A stretch of DNA of 63,776 bases, the filler included, from Craspedostauros australis (Eukaryota): the NCBI GenBank assembly GCA_030167865.1. It is 9 parts of 9 records of this genome, joined end to end, with 100 filler letters (N's around TTAATTAATTAA, not from the genome) between each part and the next. Parts side by side here need not be neighbours in the genome. Positions count along the whole stretch, not along the records: positions 1 to 13,162 come from JALAGF010004942.1; 8 more parts are not named here. One strand, given 5' to 3'. Below, in pieces: positions 1 through 12,718 of the stretch. Position numbers and translations under genes: made by a program. The notes below the pieces were generated by a model. The model saw nothing but the letters and a program-made list of their open reading frames with translations. It searched no databases and was not told the origin of the DNA. Positions within the stretch are counted from its first letter, which is position 1. Every line of letters starts with the position of its first letter.

Positions 1-928
1 CTCCCCCCACACACACAATACCCACATCCCCCAATACTACTTGTATCATATACTAGTATATGAGCTGCGAGTATCAGGATCTCCTCTCACATCGCGGAGC
101 GCTTCATAGCAATCCTTGACTCGGCACAACTCAATGGCCCTCGATGTACCATACGACTACGTGTGCTGGAGTTGGACGCTGCGCTCAACTCTATTCGTGT
201 TGGCCGCAACATCTTCTCTGCTCGGCTCGTATGTCACGATCATTCTGTATCTTCAACACCCATGGGCCATCACCGCAAACGTGCTCTCCATCGCACTCTC
301 CATCACACTCGCATGTTTGCTCTGCCTTGTTCATCTCTCCACCATGCCACACGGGGTGCAACATCCATTGATCAATCAATTTCTGTCTGGCCATTCCTCG
401 ATACATCCATCCTGATCCATGAGGCTAAGTATTGTTGCTGGGCAGCATTGGTGGGCACAAATTGCGGGCAGAGAGGGTGGACGCAGGCTGCGGAGCCTTT
501 TCACTCAACGACGCGTTCCTCATGCCATCAAAATAACTGGTGACTGGCACAAGTCACAGATGAGATCTCTGTTCGGTTCTCATCTGTTCCTTCTTCTTTT
601 CTGTTTGGGCACTTTTCGCACGATCACAGTCTTTGTTGCTCGTGCACGATGCATCTTGGGTCTTTTCCTTCCTTTTCCCTCTGTGTGCGAACAGCACATC
701 ACAACGGCGACGTTCTGTCTGGCATCGCCGACGATGCTGGTCACATCACCACATCACCACATCACCACATCATCCAACACGCACACACAACATCACATCA
801 CCAACAAGCTCACAACCAAGAACAACAAACAGACACCACCGATCAGGTCATAAAATCAAACTGAGGCACTGCATTCCACTCCACAACACCAACAAGCAAC
901 AAGCAACAAGCAACGCACAGCAAGCAAC

Positions 929-1501
929 ATGATGACCCGCACGCCAACCGTCTCCCTCCTCTCCGTCTGCTCCTTGATCATCATCGCCATCACGGTCATG
1001 CCATCGCACAACACAGCTGCGGCATTCCGACCATCCTTCAGCATTCGAAGGCGGCTGGGACGAGCATTGCGTCGCAACCAGCGTCCTCAGATCATGGACG
1101 ACAGCATGAGCAGTAGCAGTACCTCCAATGCGCTACCTGCCGTTGCCATCGCACCAATCACACCCAATTTCAACAACCCACCATCATCGTTCAGCAGCAG
1201 CAGCGCGAGCACAGGCGCAGCCACGGCGCAAGCCCCGCGGCAGGAGTACACACAAGACATCTTGCAGACCGCAACCACGACAGACAGTCATACTATGATG
1301 GCATCCGTCCGGTTGATGGATCTGCCAATGAAGAGCTCCCAAAGCAACATCAACAGAAAATCACTGATGACATCGTATTTGGAAATGGAATTGAATCTGG
1401 GACGCATGGCGATCCTTGCGGCTATGTCATTCTTCATCGGCGAGATGGTGACGGGAATGTCCATCTGGGATCAGTTGCTCACCGTCTTCGTCATGCCATG
1501 A
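929..1501 (+). CDS. Plastid-targeted LHC-like one-helix protein (HLIP/OHP/SEP-like)
   Basis: Hydrophobic signal peptide ends in AAA-F-RP, like the diatom ASAFAP cleavage motif. A Ser/Arg-rich transit-like region follows. The C-terminal helix MELNLGRMAILAAMSFFIGEMVTGMSIWDQL resembles the LHC motif ExxNGRxAM...E.vTG. Confidence 0.75.
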   Translation: MMTRTPTVSLLSVCSLIIIAITVMPSHNTAAAFRPSFSIRRRLGRALRRNQRPQIMDDSMSSSSTSNALPAVAIAPITPNFNNPPSSFSSSSASTGAATAQAPRQEYTQDILQTATTTDSHTMMASVRLMDLPMKSSQSNINRKSLMTSYLEMELNLGRMAILAAMSFFIGEMVTGMSIWDQLLTVFVMP

Positions 1502-3973
1502 TTCCACACATGGTGCGGCGCACAGATCCATCGATGAGTCTGAAGTGCAATGCCTGGACAAAACAGAAAGGAAGGGAGAGAGGGAGGGTGTAACCTTGGC
1601 AAAGAGCGACGACGGCTTCGTCATCATGCATCCGAGGCAAAGCCAAGGCAAGTGCAAAACCGCAACGCAGAATTCCAGCCAACTGTCAACCAATCCTTGC
1701 CAACCAATCCTCGCCAATGCAAAGCAAAAGCAAGACACAAGCGCACGTCCATTTCGCCACTCTCAGCAAACTGCAGAGACAAGCGGAACGATGTCACAAT
1801 ACTATGTACTCTACATACGAATACTGATACCACTAGATATACCATTATCACCATACTAGTTACGTACACTGTCATACTTCACAGCGGAATGCAATGCACT
1901 GCGCAGATCCCCAACAACGATGAGAGCAGATGCAGCAATGCGCAAAGAGAGAGAGAGAGCGAGGACAGCTTCAGTAGAAGCGCCATGGATACCAATCCAA
2001 ATACTCCTGCGAAGGCAGCACAGGCACGGCGGCGGATTCTATTCAGTTCCAAGAGCGCCCAGCATCGACATACACAACGTTGACGAAGACAGACAGATTG
2101 TGGCATGAAACATGTCATTATCGACTGCACATCGACTGCACGCCAATAGTCGCGCCGCTGATAGCCGCATCAACGGTAAGCAATGCAACCGAAGATGCAG
2201 TGAAGGATGCAATGGGAAATATATTTGATCCGATGTCACCGATGAAGAGGAGCCTATCGTAATCAACGAACGAATGACGAATCTGCCAGCTATATCCGGA
2301 AAACGCCCGACCTCCAGGTCGGACTCGGTCCCGGTCAACTCATTCGTCCATGTCGAACTGCATCTCCTGGCGGATTCAACGACACGATCTGAAAAGGGCC
2401 AGTTCTTCCCCACCAGCATGATCTTGCACACCGCAGGGAAGACAGACCGTACCAACGCCAACGCCGACTGATCACGTTTCAGCACCAGAAGAGTGGCCTT
2501 CGGCACGTCCTCGACGGTGTCCTCCTTGGAGTTGCATCATCCTCGCTGCAGAGCTTGTTGGATGTGGTCGATTTGCACTCCTACTTGTACAGAGCAGTGC
2601 AACACAGCAACCATAATCGAAAGAACACAGGTCAAGTATGCCCCTGAGACGAGGGTTGGCAGCCACGAAGGCCAAACCTTGCCAGATGACAAGAACCGTC
2701 GCGCGAGCTTGAATTGGTCAGAATCCACACACCTCGGCAAAAGGTCGTGCTCACGATTCCGTGCTCACAATGCCGAGATCACGAAGTGAAAGTCTTCATT
2801 GGGGGCGTTGCCCGTGCCTCCTTGAAGCAGGAGCCCGGCTCAAAACGGTTGGTGCATCTGAATGACGTCGTTGACCTGTCTCCCATTGAATGACTTCATT
2901 GGACACAATGGTGACAAGTGCATCGTTTCGGCCCACCCTGAAGTCCAATTCATGGTTCGTAGACGGCCACAGCAGCTTGTTGAGGATAGAGTGATGCTTG
3001 TTGCTGTCCAGCAGCTTGATAGTCCGATGGTCGCCGCATCCCACAGTCATCCGCTCTGCTGCGATTCCATTCAGACGGATTTGGTCGTTGTGAGTCGCAA
3101 CCGTGTGCACCTCCAACCATGAAGATTTGCGGCTGGAGCTGCTGATCGCCATGTCTCCATGGGCTGAAGAAGGAATGCGATAATAGTCAGCGCGACCTTT
3201 GGCGGTGTTTGCGAAACGAAGGGCATTGCGGAGGTTGCAAAGGTGCAAGGTGTTGGCAATCGTTGGATGGAGGGTGTCACCATTTGCGTCGCAGTTGAAG
3301 TGTTGGTTGTTGGATCTGTTGAATGATACGACTATCCCATACACATGATAAATGCTATAGTATAAAGAATACTGTTCAGAAAACAACACATGACAACCGT
3401 CAAGAGCAGAGTACTTTGATAGTATCATGATTGGCCTCACCTTTGGGTGTTTGGTGTTGGGAAAACGTTGCTCTTGGAACAATTCTGGATCTTTCTGTGA
3501 TAGCCACCTTTGCCATCGCCATCGCCGATACCATCGCCATCACTAACAGCAGATCGACATTGACATCAAGATCGACAATGGCATCGACACTGCCATCCAC
3601 CACGGCTATCCACAGGCTTGTGCTAGTGAGTACGATCAGCCTACTCCATGCAGACTATTTGGAATGAGCACCTGCTAACCACATCCAGCCACACACTCAA
3701 TGCCACATCCAACAACGCAGATTCCATCAGTTTTGGTGCAGGTTATGACAGCAGGAGGATCGCCAGTCGTATGTCGTACCCTTGTGCATAAGAGCCAACC
3801 ATCAACAACAAACCAAAACCAACCATGACGACTATGACACAAGCGCGCCGCCGCCAATCATCGTCATCACTGTAGCTCCCGCTCTGGGCTTGACGCAGGC
3901 TTGCGGCCTGGACAAGTCCGCTGATGAGGCACTCCCTTTGGCGGTGGGCACGACGGGTCGGTCGCGCCATAGG

Positions 3974-4028
3974 ATCCATCCATCCATCCATCCATCCATC
4001 CATCCATCCATCCATCCATCCATCCATC
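3974..4028. repeat. (ATCC)n microsatellite
   Basis: About 14 tandem ATCC units, directly visible. Confidence 0.95.
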
Positions 4029-4555
4029 AAGGCCATCGTTGTGCAGGTTCCGGCGTTGGCATTGGGGTTGAAATCCGACCTCGGTTTGATGGGAAGTGAT
4101 CCTTGGAATACGTGTATGACAGCTGGTGTCGGCAAGGTGTTGGGAGCAATGTTGCGGTGGATGCATGCAAGCATTGAGCAAGGGCAGCCTTAGTACATCC
4201 AGCTGGTGGGAGAACCAGGGTCCAATGCCATGATGCAAAATCCCAGCAATGTAATTGTCTACGCATCTGCGTTGGTGCTGACCAACACGGACAAACCGAA
4301 ATGGCAGAACGCAGCGACCATGGCATCCACAATGGAGGCATTGTTTTCACGCTCGCTGAGTCGTGCTGGGAAGGTCCAATGCCCATTGCTGCTCATTGCA
4401 GCAGAAAAGATATACTATGTCCTGCAGCAGCAGTTCGCAAGGCTGCAGCCGCAATGACCCATGCAACACTGATGGAAATACTGTCTGCAGGTCATCTCAA
4501 TGTGTATGCTGGCAAACCAATTGAGGAAATCATTGCAGCCACAATTGAGTTCTAG
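4026..4555 (+). pseudogene. Alpha/beta-hydrolase pseudogene fragment (C-terminal half)
   Basis: Motifs KAIVVQVP ... W.N ... V.CPLLLIAAEK/DILCP ... GH.nVY.G are spread over two frames. There is an in-frame TAG at 4191-4193 and a 1-nt frameshift near 4405-4410. Confidence 0.65.
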
Positions 4556-4573
4556 CACAAACACATCTGATGG

Positions 4574-5116
4574 ATGAGTCAGAGCACTTGTGTGCATATG
4601 CATACAATGGATTTGTGGCAGAAGGGAAGCTTCAATGCTGAGGTCATGCCCAATTCTGACACCACCAAACACAACTACACTCTCCTCGTCTTCTACCATG
4701 GTATCCACTGCCCCATCTGCCTTGGTCAGATCAAACAGATCGAGGCCTACTACTCCAAGCTCCTCAACACCAACGTGAGCATTGTCACCATTTCCATGGA
4801 TATGAAGGAGAAAGCTTTCACCATGAAGGACGCAGTTGTCGACAAGAGCGATGCAGAGCTGAAGCTTCCATTGACATACGGCCTCACCACAGAGCAGGCC
4901 AAGGAATGGGAATTGTACATACCAGGTGGTCGCCCGGATACTTCCAAGCCCGGCGTATTTTTGGAGCCTGGTCTGTTCATGATCGACAGCAACAAGAACC
5001 TATTCTTCGAGGTGTCTCAGTTGGTGCGATTCAGCCATCCGAACATCGAGGAGTTGGTCGGTGGTCTATCGTGGGCCCGCGCCAACTACTACCCAGCTCG
5101 AGTTCAGATGCGCTAG
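4574..5116 (+). CDS. AhpC/TSA redoxin-like (thioredoxin-fold) protein, probably degenerate
   Basis: Motifs LVFYHGIHCPIC (CxxC), YGLT.EQAKEW.LY, F.EPGLF and C-terminal YPAR fit a bacterial-type peroxiredoxin-like family. Several normally conserved residues look mutated. Confidence 0.7.
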   Translation: MSQSTCVHMHTMDLWQKGSFNAEVMPNSDTTKHNYTLLVFYHGIHCPICLGQIKQIEAYYSKLLNTNVSIVTISMDMKEKAFTMKDAVVDKSDAELKLPLTYGLTTEQAKEWELYIPGGRPDTSKPGVFLEPGLFMIDSNKNLFFEVSQLVRFSHPNIEELVGGLSWARANYYPARVQMR

Positions 5117-5383
5117 TTATCTTGCAACTAGATGTGCGGGTGGGTCACAGCCATTGCATGCAGCTATTCAAAGCCTGATTCCACAACGAGCAAGTCGGAC
5201 GGGAGGTGGATGCACATACCATACACAAGGCAGTCCACAAACACTCCTATCTGCGCCTATGAACTGCTGAATGAGCGGACCACCAAATCAAGCAACGCGC
5301 AAATGAAGCGATGGAGGAATGAAACAACGAAGTACGCAACGAAAGATACCGGATCATAGAATAGATCTCCCAATGATGAGTGA

Positions 5384-6030
5384 TTACACACATGTGTTGC
5401 AAATGGATGAACAATCGCACTCATCAGTGGCTGGCTTTGCCTTTGGCATCGTTTTTTCCTGGATACAGGGCGATGGCAGTCTGGTGCCCATCCAACACAT
5501 GAACAAGAGCATCACTGCCGTTATCTGATCTCGGCACAACGCTGTCATACTATCATGTTTGCAGATGAGCACAATACTCCATTCGAATAGAACTGTAGTG
5601 CTGCAGAGCGTTCCACTCAATGATTGTAGAACATTATAGAGCAGAATGGATACGTTCAAGTTCGCACCGATGATCCATCTGGCCATTGGACACGTACCGC
5701 CACATTTCAACTACGTCGCCTCGACTCGTTCTCGACTCTGTCGTGCTATTGTCGGAGCGACGCGCTTCATCGTTCTGCGAACAGTCGAATTGAGATAAGA
5801 ATGCACCAGGGATGATGATGGTAGTGAATTGTTTTCTGGCTCCCGATTTTAGCATCGCATCAACAACCAACTCCTCTCCTCGCATGTGTGTGCGCGCACC
5901 ATTCCAACACCCATCTCTCTTCGCCTATTGGCTTTGATCTTGTGTAGTAACTGTTCTAATTCCTTTAACAAGGAATTGTCGGGCATCGCCCGACACTTGT
6001 TAAAACTATTTTTCACACGGGGAGGATCCC
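5384..6030 (-). mobile_element. Highly decayed CoDi-type copia reverse-transcriptase relic
   Basis: Fragments KELEQLLH, TTIIIPGAFL and LQSLSGTL occur in the same order as KELKQVH, TADVPGAFL and LTKALYGTL in the intact CoDi ORF at 29875. Confidence 0.45.
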
Positions 6031-6571
6031 TTGTGCTTGCACAATATCTCTCCAAGGATGGTCCTGGCATTTCACACACCGCCTTGACTGTCCACCACCC
6101 CCATCTAACTCCCCCCCCCACACACACACACACCATTCATCCACAACAAACTCCCGCTTCCTCACAAGCAGCCACCATCGCAGCTCATTGGGTGGCAACA
6201 CGCTTGATCTGGGGTCCCAATCATTCCTCTCGTGCTTTGCTTCTACCCGCGTCAGCTCAAGTAACTACGGTCGTCCGTACGTGCTCCACAATTCGAACGG
6301 TGATGGTACATCCGCGTGAGTACACGACAAGCAATCGACGGTTGTTGCGATACACGATCCTACATTCTGGAGTGTAGTATTACGAGCAACCACGCTCCGA
6401 TTGGTTTTCCTACGACTACTCTATTGTGGAACACGTGTACTTGGAAGAGGAGGATTGCATAATGTTGTTGTTGTGGTTGGCGTTGCTGTTGCTATTGGCA
6501 TTACGAAAGACCGTTCCGCTGTCTCACATGCAATCCATCCTCTCTATCCTTTCTCTCTCTCTCTTCTCGCT

Positions 6572-8187
6572 CTAGCAACCATCAGGAATGTTCTTCAACA
6601 CCTCCGATCCGATGTTGCCACCAGAGTGCAGCTGCTTTCCGTCGGCAACCAACGTGAAGCCGTCTCCGCTGATGCCATCACCAAAGGCATCGAAGAAATC
6701 AAAGTAAGTGCAACGATCACGTGGAACGCATGCCTTGTATTCGGGATACTCCGTGTTGGACCTAATGAAGCCAGACTCGTTCCAGTACTCTGTGCTCGAA
6801 TCTTGAGAGTCATACATCATGAAGGATGTGTCTTCTGGGAAGTCATCGGTGCGGAGCTTCAACGTGACAGAGATGCAGGAGCTGTCATCATCGCCACCAT
6901 CATCGTTGTTGTTGTCATTCTCATCATCGTTGTTTCCACCTCCTGTGCCGCACAACTCGGATGGTACTTTGGACATGGCACATGCGTTCTCCTGTGGGTG
7001 TAGGAGTATTGGGAGAGTGGGGAAGAGTACAATAGAATGGAATGGAATAGTGAGCTCATTGTTGTGATCATACCATATATCTTTGCATACTCACCATACA
7101 TGCCATACTCTTTCCTGCTTCAACCATACTTCGATAATACTTCCATCATGTATTGACATGCATGCACCCACTCGGATGTACGTACCTTGATCCATTCATA
7201 CGTGTTGCTCACACGAGAGTACACACCAGGATATCGCTGCTGAGCACAACCGATACCCCAAGACACCACGCCCACCTGAACGCGCTCGCCACCCTCTGTC
7301 ACAAACACGGGACCACCAGAGTCACCCTGACACGAGTCCTTGGCACCCTGGTGGACACCATCCTTCACAAAGCCAGCGCAGAACTCCGCCTCATCGCTGA
7401 CCTGTCCGTTGTATCTGTCCTGATCGTTGCACCACGCAGTATCGACCTGCTGGATGTCCAACTCCATCAGAGTCTCTGATGGGGAGCCACCGTCCGATGT
7501 GTCTCCAAAACCAATCACCGTCATGGTCTGCGGATTTCCCGAGCCATCCGTGCCTGGAGTGCTGAACTTGCTGTTGATCTTCATCATCGGCACATTGGAT
7601 GGTGCAGGGTTGGACAGACGGAAGAGCATGATGTCGTTGATCTGAGTGGCGGCATAGTCTGGATGGACGCGCTTGTCATCGATCTTGCGTGCGTTGGGTC
7701 CTGTTGGCTGGTTCCATGCAAACTCATCGTACGCGCTGATGATGGCGTCCATTCCGATGGTCTGGTCGGAGTCGCAATGTGCCGCAGTGAGAACGATGTC
7801 GGGTGCGATGAGCGATCCGCCGCATCCCACGGCCCAATGGACGAACTCTGGGTATTCTCCCTTCGTCGCTTCGTTTCCTCCTACGATGTGCGTCTCATAG
7901 TTGTTGGCGTTGATGGAGTGGGTGCGCTTGTTGTGGGTTGGGCTGCTGCCATGTCCATGCCTCTTTGGACGATCTCCGCCACGCGTGGTCTTCTTCGCGT
8001 TGGTGTGAGAATCATGATGATGCGGAGCAGAATTGTTGGTCCGGGCACCGCCTCTGAGTGCGCGTCCTTCGGTGTCATGTTGGGAATCACGGCCGGAGGC
8101 AGAATGATGGTCTGTTGCCGATGCAACGGTGTTTGGGGCAGTCGCGATAACTGCGATGAAGATGGGAAGGGCTGATGAAAGCTTCAT
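6572..8187 (-). CDS. Secreted trypsin-like serine protease (S1) with C-terminal extension; 2 exons (8187-7186, 6991-6572)
   Basis: Signal peptide MKLSSALPIFIAVIA, then IVGG, LTAAHC, NDIML and KDSCQGDSGGP (full catalytic triad, Asp specificity pocket). A GT..AG intron at 7185-6992 joins EWIK to ENACAMSKVP in frame. Confidence 0.92.
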
Positions 8188-10417
8188 GGTTGCTCGTTCG
8201 TGTTGGCGTTGGTGTTGGCGTTGATGGCGAGTACGTTTTTGTTGCGTTGGTACTGTTGTTGCTGAATGCGATTTGATTTTATGAGATGAGAAGAGACGAC
8301 GAGGGATGGAAAGGAATCCAAAGGAGGTTGCATTCCACTCATTCATGTATTCCTGCATTCCACTCGTTCGCTGGTGCAGGAGGAGTATACAGGACTGCTA
8401 CTGCTCTGTAGTTTGTGCATGGCACATCTCGATCGATCATCGAATTGAGTCCATTGCAAGATACATGTCGGCGCAGGACTACAATCGGTTGCGGATTGCA
8501 AGAGCAAGACCCATGTTGATGGCACTTCGCTCGAGCGGGCGATCCATCGACTGTTGCATCTACTTGATCATACTAGTATGTACTCTCACTCTTCTGGAGT
8601 GCTCGTCGCATGTATCCATCATAGCAATTGGTCTTGTTTCTCACCCGTGCCCCCAGTTTCGTTCGTGCCGAGACTCCAGCGAATCGTTTGTTGTGATGGA
8701 TTGGAGCGTCAATTCAATAGCACCAACAGTCCTAAAAGGGATAATAGTGCTAATAGTGCTAATATTGTTAATAGTACCAGCGGTGCCGATTGTTGGTACT
8801 GGTATGAACGACATCGTTTGAGTATTGGTCATGAGACGAGTGCTGGGAGTGACGCCACACAGAGAACATGTGATGTGATGTGTTGAATTTGTGGCGTTGG
8901 TTTTGTTCGACATCGGGAATGACTGGGTGCGACGCTCGCGTGTTTTGATTGGTGACTGTAGCCGACAGGCGCAACAAGACCAAGAACTGAATCGATTGAT
9001 CTCGATAAGTGTAATAGCTACAAATATCGTACACTCGTGGTTTGGTCCCGTATTGTTCGGCTCAATGTCCACTTGTCGTCCCTTGTTGAGACAACTCTCG
9101 CCCAATGAGTGAACAGTAAAACAGATCGCGACGATTCGCCACAATTCGCAATGTTTTGTGATGGCAAGCAGCGCTCTGCGATGATCAATCAACCAAGCGA
9201 CCAAGCGAACAAGCGACCAAGTGAAAGGCAAGCCACACACCACCCATTCTTCGCACAGTTTCGCATTCGTACTCATAGCTTCACACGTCGCATGATGTTG
9301 GTGTTGGTGTTGGCGCTGTTGGCGCTGCATCTCCATGATGTGCTCTCCATTCAGCACGGTCAGTATCGAGCGACGGTAGTGCGAGGTCGTACTGCATGTA
9401 TGGAGTGGATCGCCGGCGTGCCGGGGGTGCTGGAGTGCTGGAGTTGTTCCAGTCCTGTTCGCCACCAGTATCACTATTCCATTCCTATTCTACTCTTCTA
9501 TGCCGGGCTCCCATTGTTTTCATCGATTCGTACAGCAGACGGAGCTGCGCTCGCCATGTGCTGATCGATCCGCTGGTTGTGTCCGAATCAGTGTGGCTCA
9601 AAGCGACTCGGAGTGCGTGCGTTTCGAGCGCCAGTAGGTATGAGCAAGTCAGCCCATGCGCCGCGAACGAGCTTCGTCGTCACGCAGCTCTGCGTGTCAG
9701 CGAACCTGTGCATAGTTGTACCCGCGATGTACTCGAGCACACTTGCAGAAGAGTTGTTCGGAAGCAATTGACAAGGATCTTGGGACCGCATGTTCCGAAC
9801 ACGCACGTCCATTCCGCTTTCACATGAAGCAAGCAAAACATTGCAAAGGAAAGCATGAGTGCCAGGCTATTCAACGGTTGACCTGAGCGGCAAAGAGAAA
9901 GTTCGTTGCAACCTGCACGATGTGGGTGTCCTTACCCTGCTCGCAAGTGCGATCATGCATGCTTCCAGATACTTCTACTCTGCTCTGGCCTCGATGGCGA
10001 TCGCAAGGCAACCTCCATCAACTCTCCGCCCCACCTCTCTCTTGAGAGAGACGTTCGTCCCAGTGCATCGTGATCTATCCTCTAGCAAAGCGGATGGCAT
10101 TATTCCCTTCGGCGCATCCTTCGTGCAAGGCAACGACCCTGATGTTTGGTCTGCAGATGGATGCTGCCATCGCCGTCGTCGTCTGAGCACACCAAGGTGC
10201 AATCATGCCATGACGATTGCATGTGAGCGGAAAGCTCCGCTCGACTGAAGATCGCAGGAACCACACTCAGAACCATGCGAGGGTGTTTTTGTGCCGATTT
10301 GATTCGCCACGCGAGCGTATGAACTATTTGTACATTTTACATCGCTGTTGTACTGACGGATTGCTCCAGCCGATCTTCCGTTGCGTGCCTTCGTCGGGGA
10401 AGTGCTATGCTGATATC

Positions 10418-12718
10418 TCAGGTCACCTTCATGCGTTTGTTCGGACGAGCTTCATCCAATAGCACTCTGACTTCATCGTAGCCCCTTTCGTTCGCAATAT
10501 CGAATGCTGTTTTACCCTCATGGTTCTTCACATCGGAAGAAGCAGCCACACTCTCTGCTTTGATCAATGACTTCAGCAATCTCTTTCGATTCCATTTGCT
10601 GGCCGTGTGTAATGCAGTATCACCAGCACAGTTTCGAATTGTCGGGTCTGCCCCCTTGAATGCTACCAATGACTCCGCTGACCTCAAAAGGTTTCGGCGG
10701 ACTGCGATATGCAACGGAGTGTCGCCATTCTTGTCTTGCAGGTTCGCCGATGGCGGCGCCGACGCGATCAACCGATCTATCGCATCTCCGTTTGCGACGG
10801 TGCAGGCTTGATGCAAGTTGCGGTATCCTATGGCTCTGTTTCGGATCAGATCGTAGAGTCTGGTGAGCTTCATTTCCTCGTCAATTGGAAATAACCGGCG
10901 ATCTCGTTTGAGAACGTGCATGGGTGTTTCACCATTCTTGTTCCTGACGGTGGGATCAAACTTGTCTTTGTGCCATCTCGAGATATATCTGAGAATGTAC
11001 CCGGAGCCCTCCCGGGATGCGACATGCAGGGGTGTATCGCCATGGTTGTTCTGGGCATTGAAATTTACGTTTGGCAGGTCCGATGCAAAAAACGCATACG
11101 CCGTACTCGTGTCGGCAGACTTATTGGCGCACAGGGCGTGAAGTGCAGTATCCCCCTTGTGGTTTCGGATGCTGCCGTCGACAACAAGAGAGTCGGATTT
11201 AAGCATCATTGCGCGTATGTCTGTGTTGCTGTTTTTCATTCCAAGGTGTAATGCCGTGTCGCCGTCTTTGTTCTGAATCGTCGCGTCCAAAGTTCCCTTG
11301 TTGGGACATATCAACGACAGGCACTTCCGCGAGTGATTGTCGATCAATGCGACATGAAGGAGAGTGTTGCCATCATTGTTTTGCATCTCTCTCTTCATCT
11401 CGGCTTCATGTGACTTGATCAGATATGAAAGCATGTCTTGACCTCTGGAAGCGAATGCGATGTGAAAAAGAGTATCACCTTTTCCGTTCTTCGTCTGAAC
11501 GCCAACGTCCACTTTACTCGACTCGATCAAGTACCTGACTACATTCACGTTCTCAGAGCGGCAGGCGGCGTGGAAAGCTGTGTCCCCATCCTTGTTTTGG
11601 ATGCGGAAAGCTTCGGGGAACTTCTTGATTGCCATCCAGCATCGTACCGCACGGACGGACCCATTGCGAAACGCACAATGGACCGGGGTGTCGCCGGATT
11701 TGCTGTCTTGGACAGTGATGTCAATGCTTGGATCCAACATCACCAAATAAGGTGCCATGGTTTGATCTTTATTCTGGCGACATGCAAGCTCAAATGGAGT
11801 GTGACCCTCCGTGTTCTTTCTGTGGAAATCGAGCTTTGGGAGTCTCGGCTTCTTTATCATGTTCTGGATTACTTTTCTCTGGGCGGAGGAGCAGATCAGA
11901 TGCAGCGGCGTATCACCGTTCTTATCGGCAATGTTTGGGTCGACATCCATATGTGAATGTCGATCAAGTAAAAGCCGCATCATTCTGTCGTCGCGGCTGC
12001 GACAAGCAAGGTGGAGAGGTGTCCTTCCTTCGTCATCTTGGATGTTGGCATTCATGTTGGGTACGTTGGACCCAATGAAGCAAGCCAGTATCTTGGAGTG
12101 GTCCAGCTCGCATGCGTAGTGGAGCGGTGTCTTCCCGTCCGTGTCCTTCACGTTGACGTCGATCTTCTGGGCTGTCGTTGAACTCAGCATGAACTTGAGC
12201 ACCTCTAGATTGTGGTTCATGCATGCGCGATGGAGCGCTGTAATGCCATTTTTGTTTGGTGTGCTGCAAATTGAGTTGGTTTTGTCGGCTTCCATCAGGA
12301 TCTTCAGGATTGGGATGGACCAATCGTAGCACACGATGTGAATTGGCAGAGTGCCCCAGCAGTCTTGAATGAACTGGTTGACCTTGAGGTCATCCGTTTC
12401 GCACAGATACTTCACGACCTGGACGCAGTTGTTTCTGCAGGCACGGTGCAATGGCGTTTCCAGATTATTGTTTTGCACGTTGACGTCGATGGAACCGTGT
12501 TTGGATTCGATGAGGCACTTCGCCACGTCCGCGTTGCTGGCGGCGCAAGCGTAATGAAAGGCGGTGTTGCCTTCGGGGTCTTTGATGGCTCCTGGTGGAT
12601 ATCGGCATGCGCTTCTTGATTCGAGCTGATGCTTGACCTGTGCAATATCTTGGTTCCGGCATGCGCGCATCAGCGACGTCTCGCATGCGCGGGTCTGTCT
12701 GTCTACGTTGGATGCCAT
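10418..12718 (-). CDS. Multi-ankyrin-repeat protein
   Basis: More than 15 repeats of G.TPLH.AC / GDTALH. The likely start is MASNVDRQ at 12718. The C-terminus RPNKRMKVT is basic and NLS-like. Confidence 0.9.
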   Translation of the reverse strand: MASNVDRQTRACETSLMRACRNQDIAQVKHQLESRSACRYPPGAIKDPEGNTAFHYACAASNADVAKCLIESKHGSIDVNVQNNNLETPLHRACRNNCVQVVKYLCETDDLKVNQFIQDCWGTLPIHIVCYDWSIPILKILMEADKTNSICSTPNKNGITALHRACMNHNLEVLKFMLSSTTAQKIDVNVKDTDGKTPLHYACELDHSKILACFIGSNVPNMNANIQDDEGRTPLHLACRSRDDRMMRLLLDRHSHMDVDPNIADKNGDTPLHLICSSAQRKVIQNMIKKPRLPKLDFHRKNTEGHTPFELACRQNKDQTMAPYLVMLDPSIDITVQDSKSGDTPVHCAFRNGSVRAVRCWMAIKKFPEAFRIQNKDGDTAFHAACRSENVNVVRYLIESSKVDVGVQTKNGKGDTLFHIAFASRGQDMLSYLIKSHEAEMKREMQNNDGNTLLHVALIDNHSRKCLSLICPNKGTLDATIQNKDGDTALHLGMKNSNTDIRAMMLKSDSLVVDGSIRNHKGDTALHALCANKSADTSTAYAFFASDLPNVNFNAQNNHGDTPLHVASREGSGYILRYISRWHKDKFDPTVRNKNGETPMHVLKRDRRLFPIDEEMKLTRLYDLIRNRAIGYRNLHQACTVANGDAIDRLIASAPPSANLQDKNGDTPLHIAVRRNLLRSAESLVAFKGADPTIRNCAGDTALHTASKWNRKRLLKSLIKAESVAASSDVKNHEGKTAFDIANERGYDEVRVLLDEARPNKRMKVT

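Noticed and set aside
2039..3482. Chain of minus-strand ORFs, possibly a decayed gene
   Set aside because: No motif I can identify, and stops interrupt the chain, so no product can be supported.
8641..10266. Assorted ORFs between the trypsin and ankyrin genes
   Set aside because: No recognisable domains apart from a faint ankyrin-like LHEGCAEGN, which is too weak to call.
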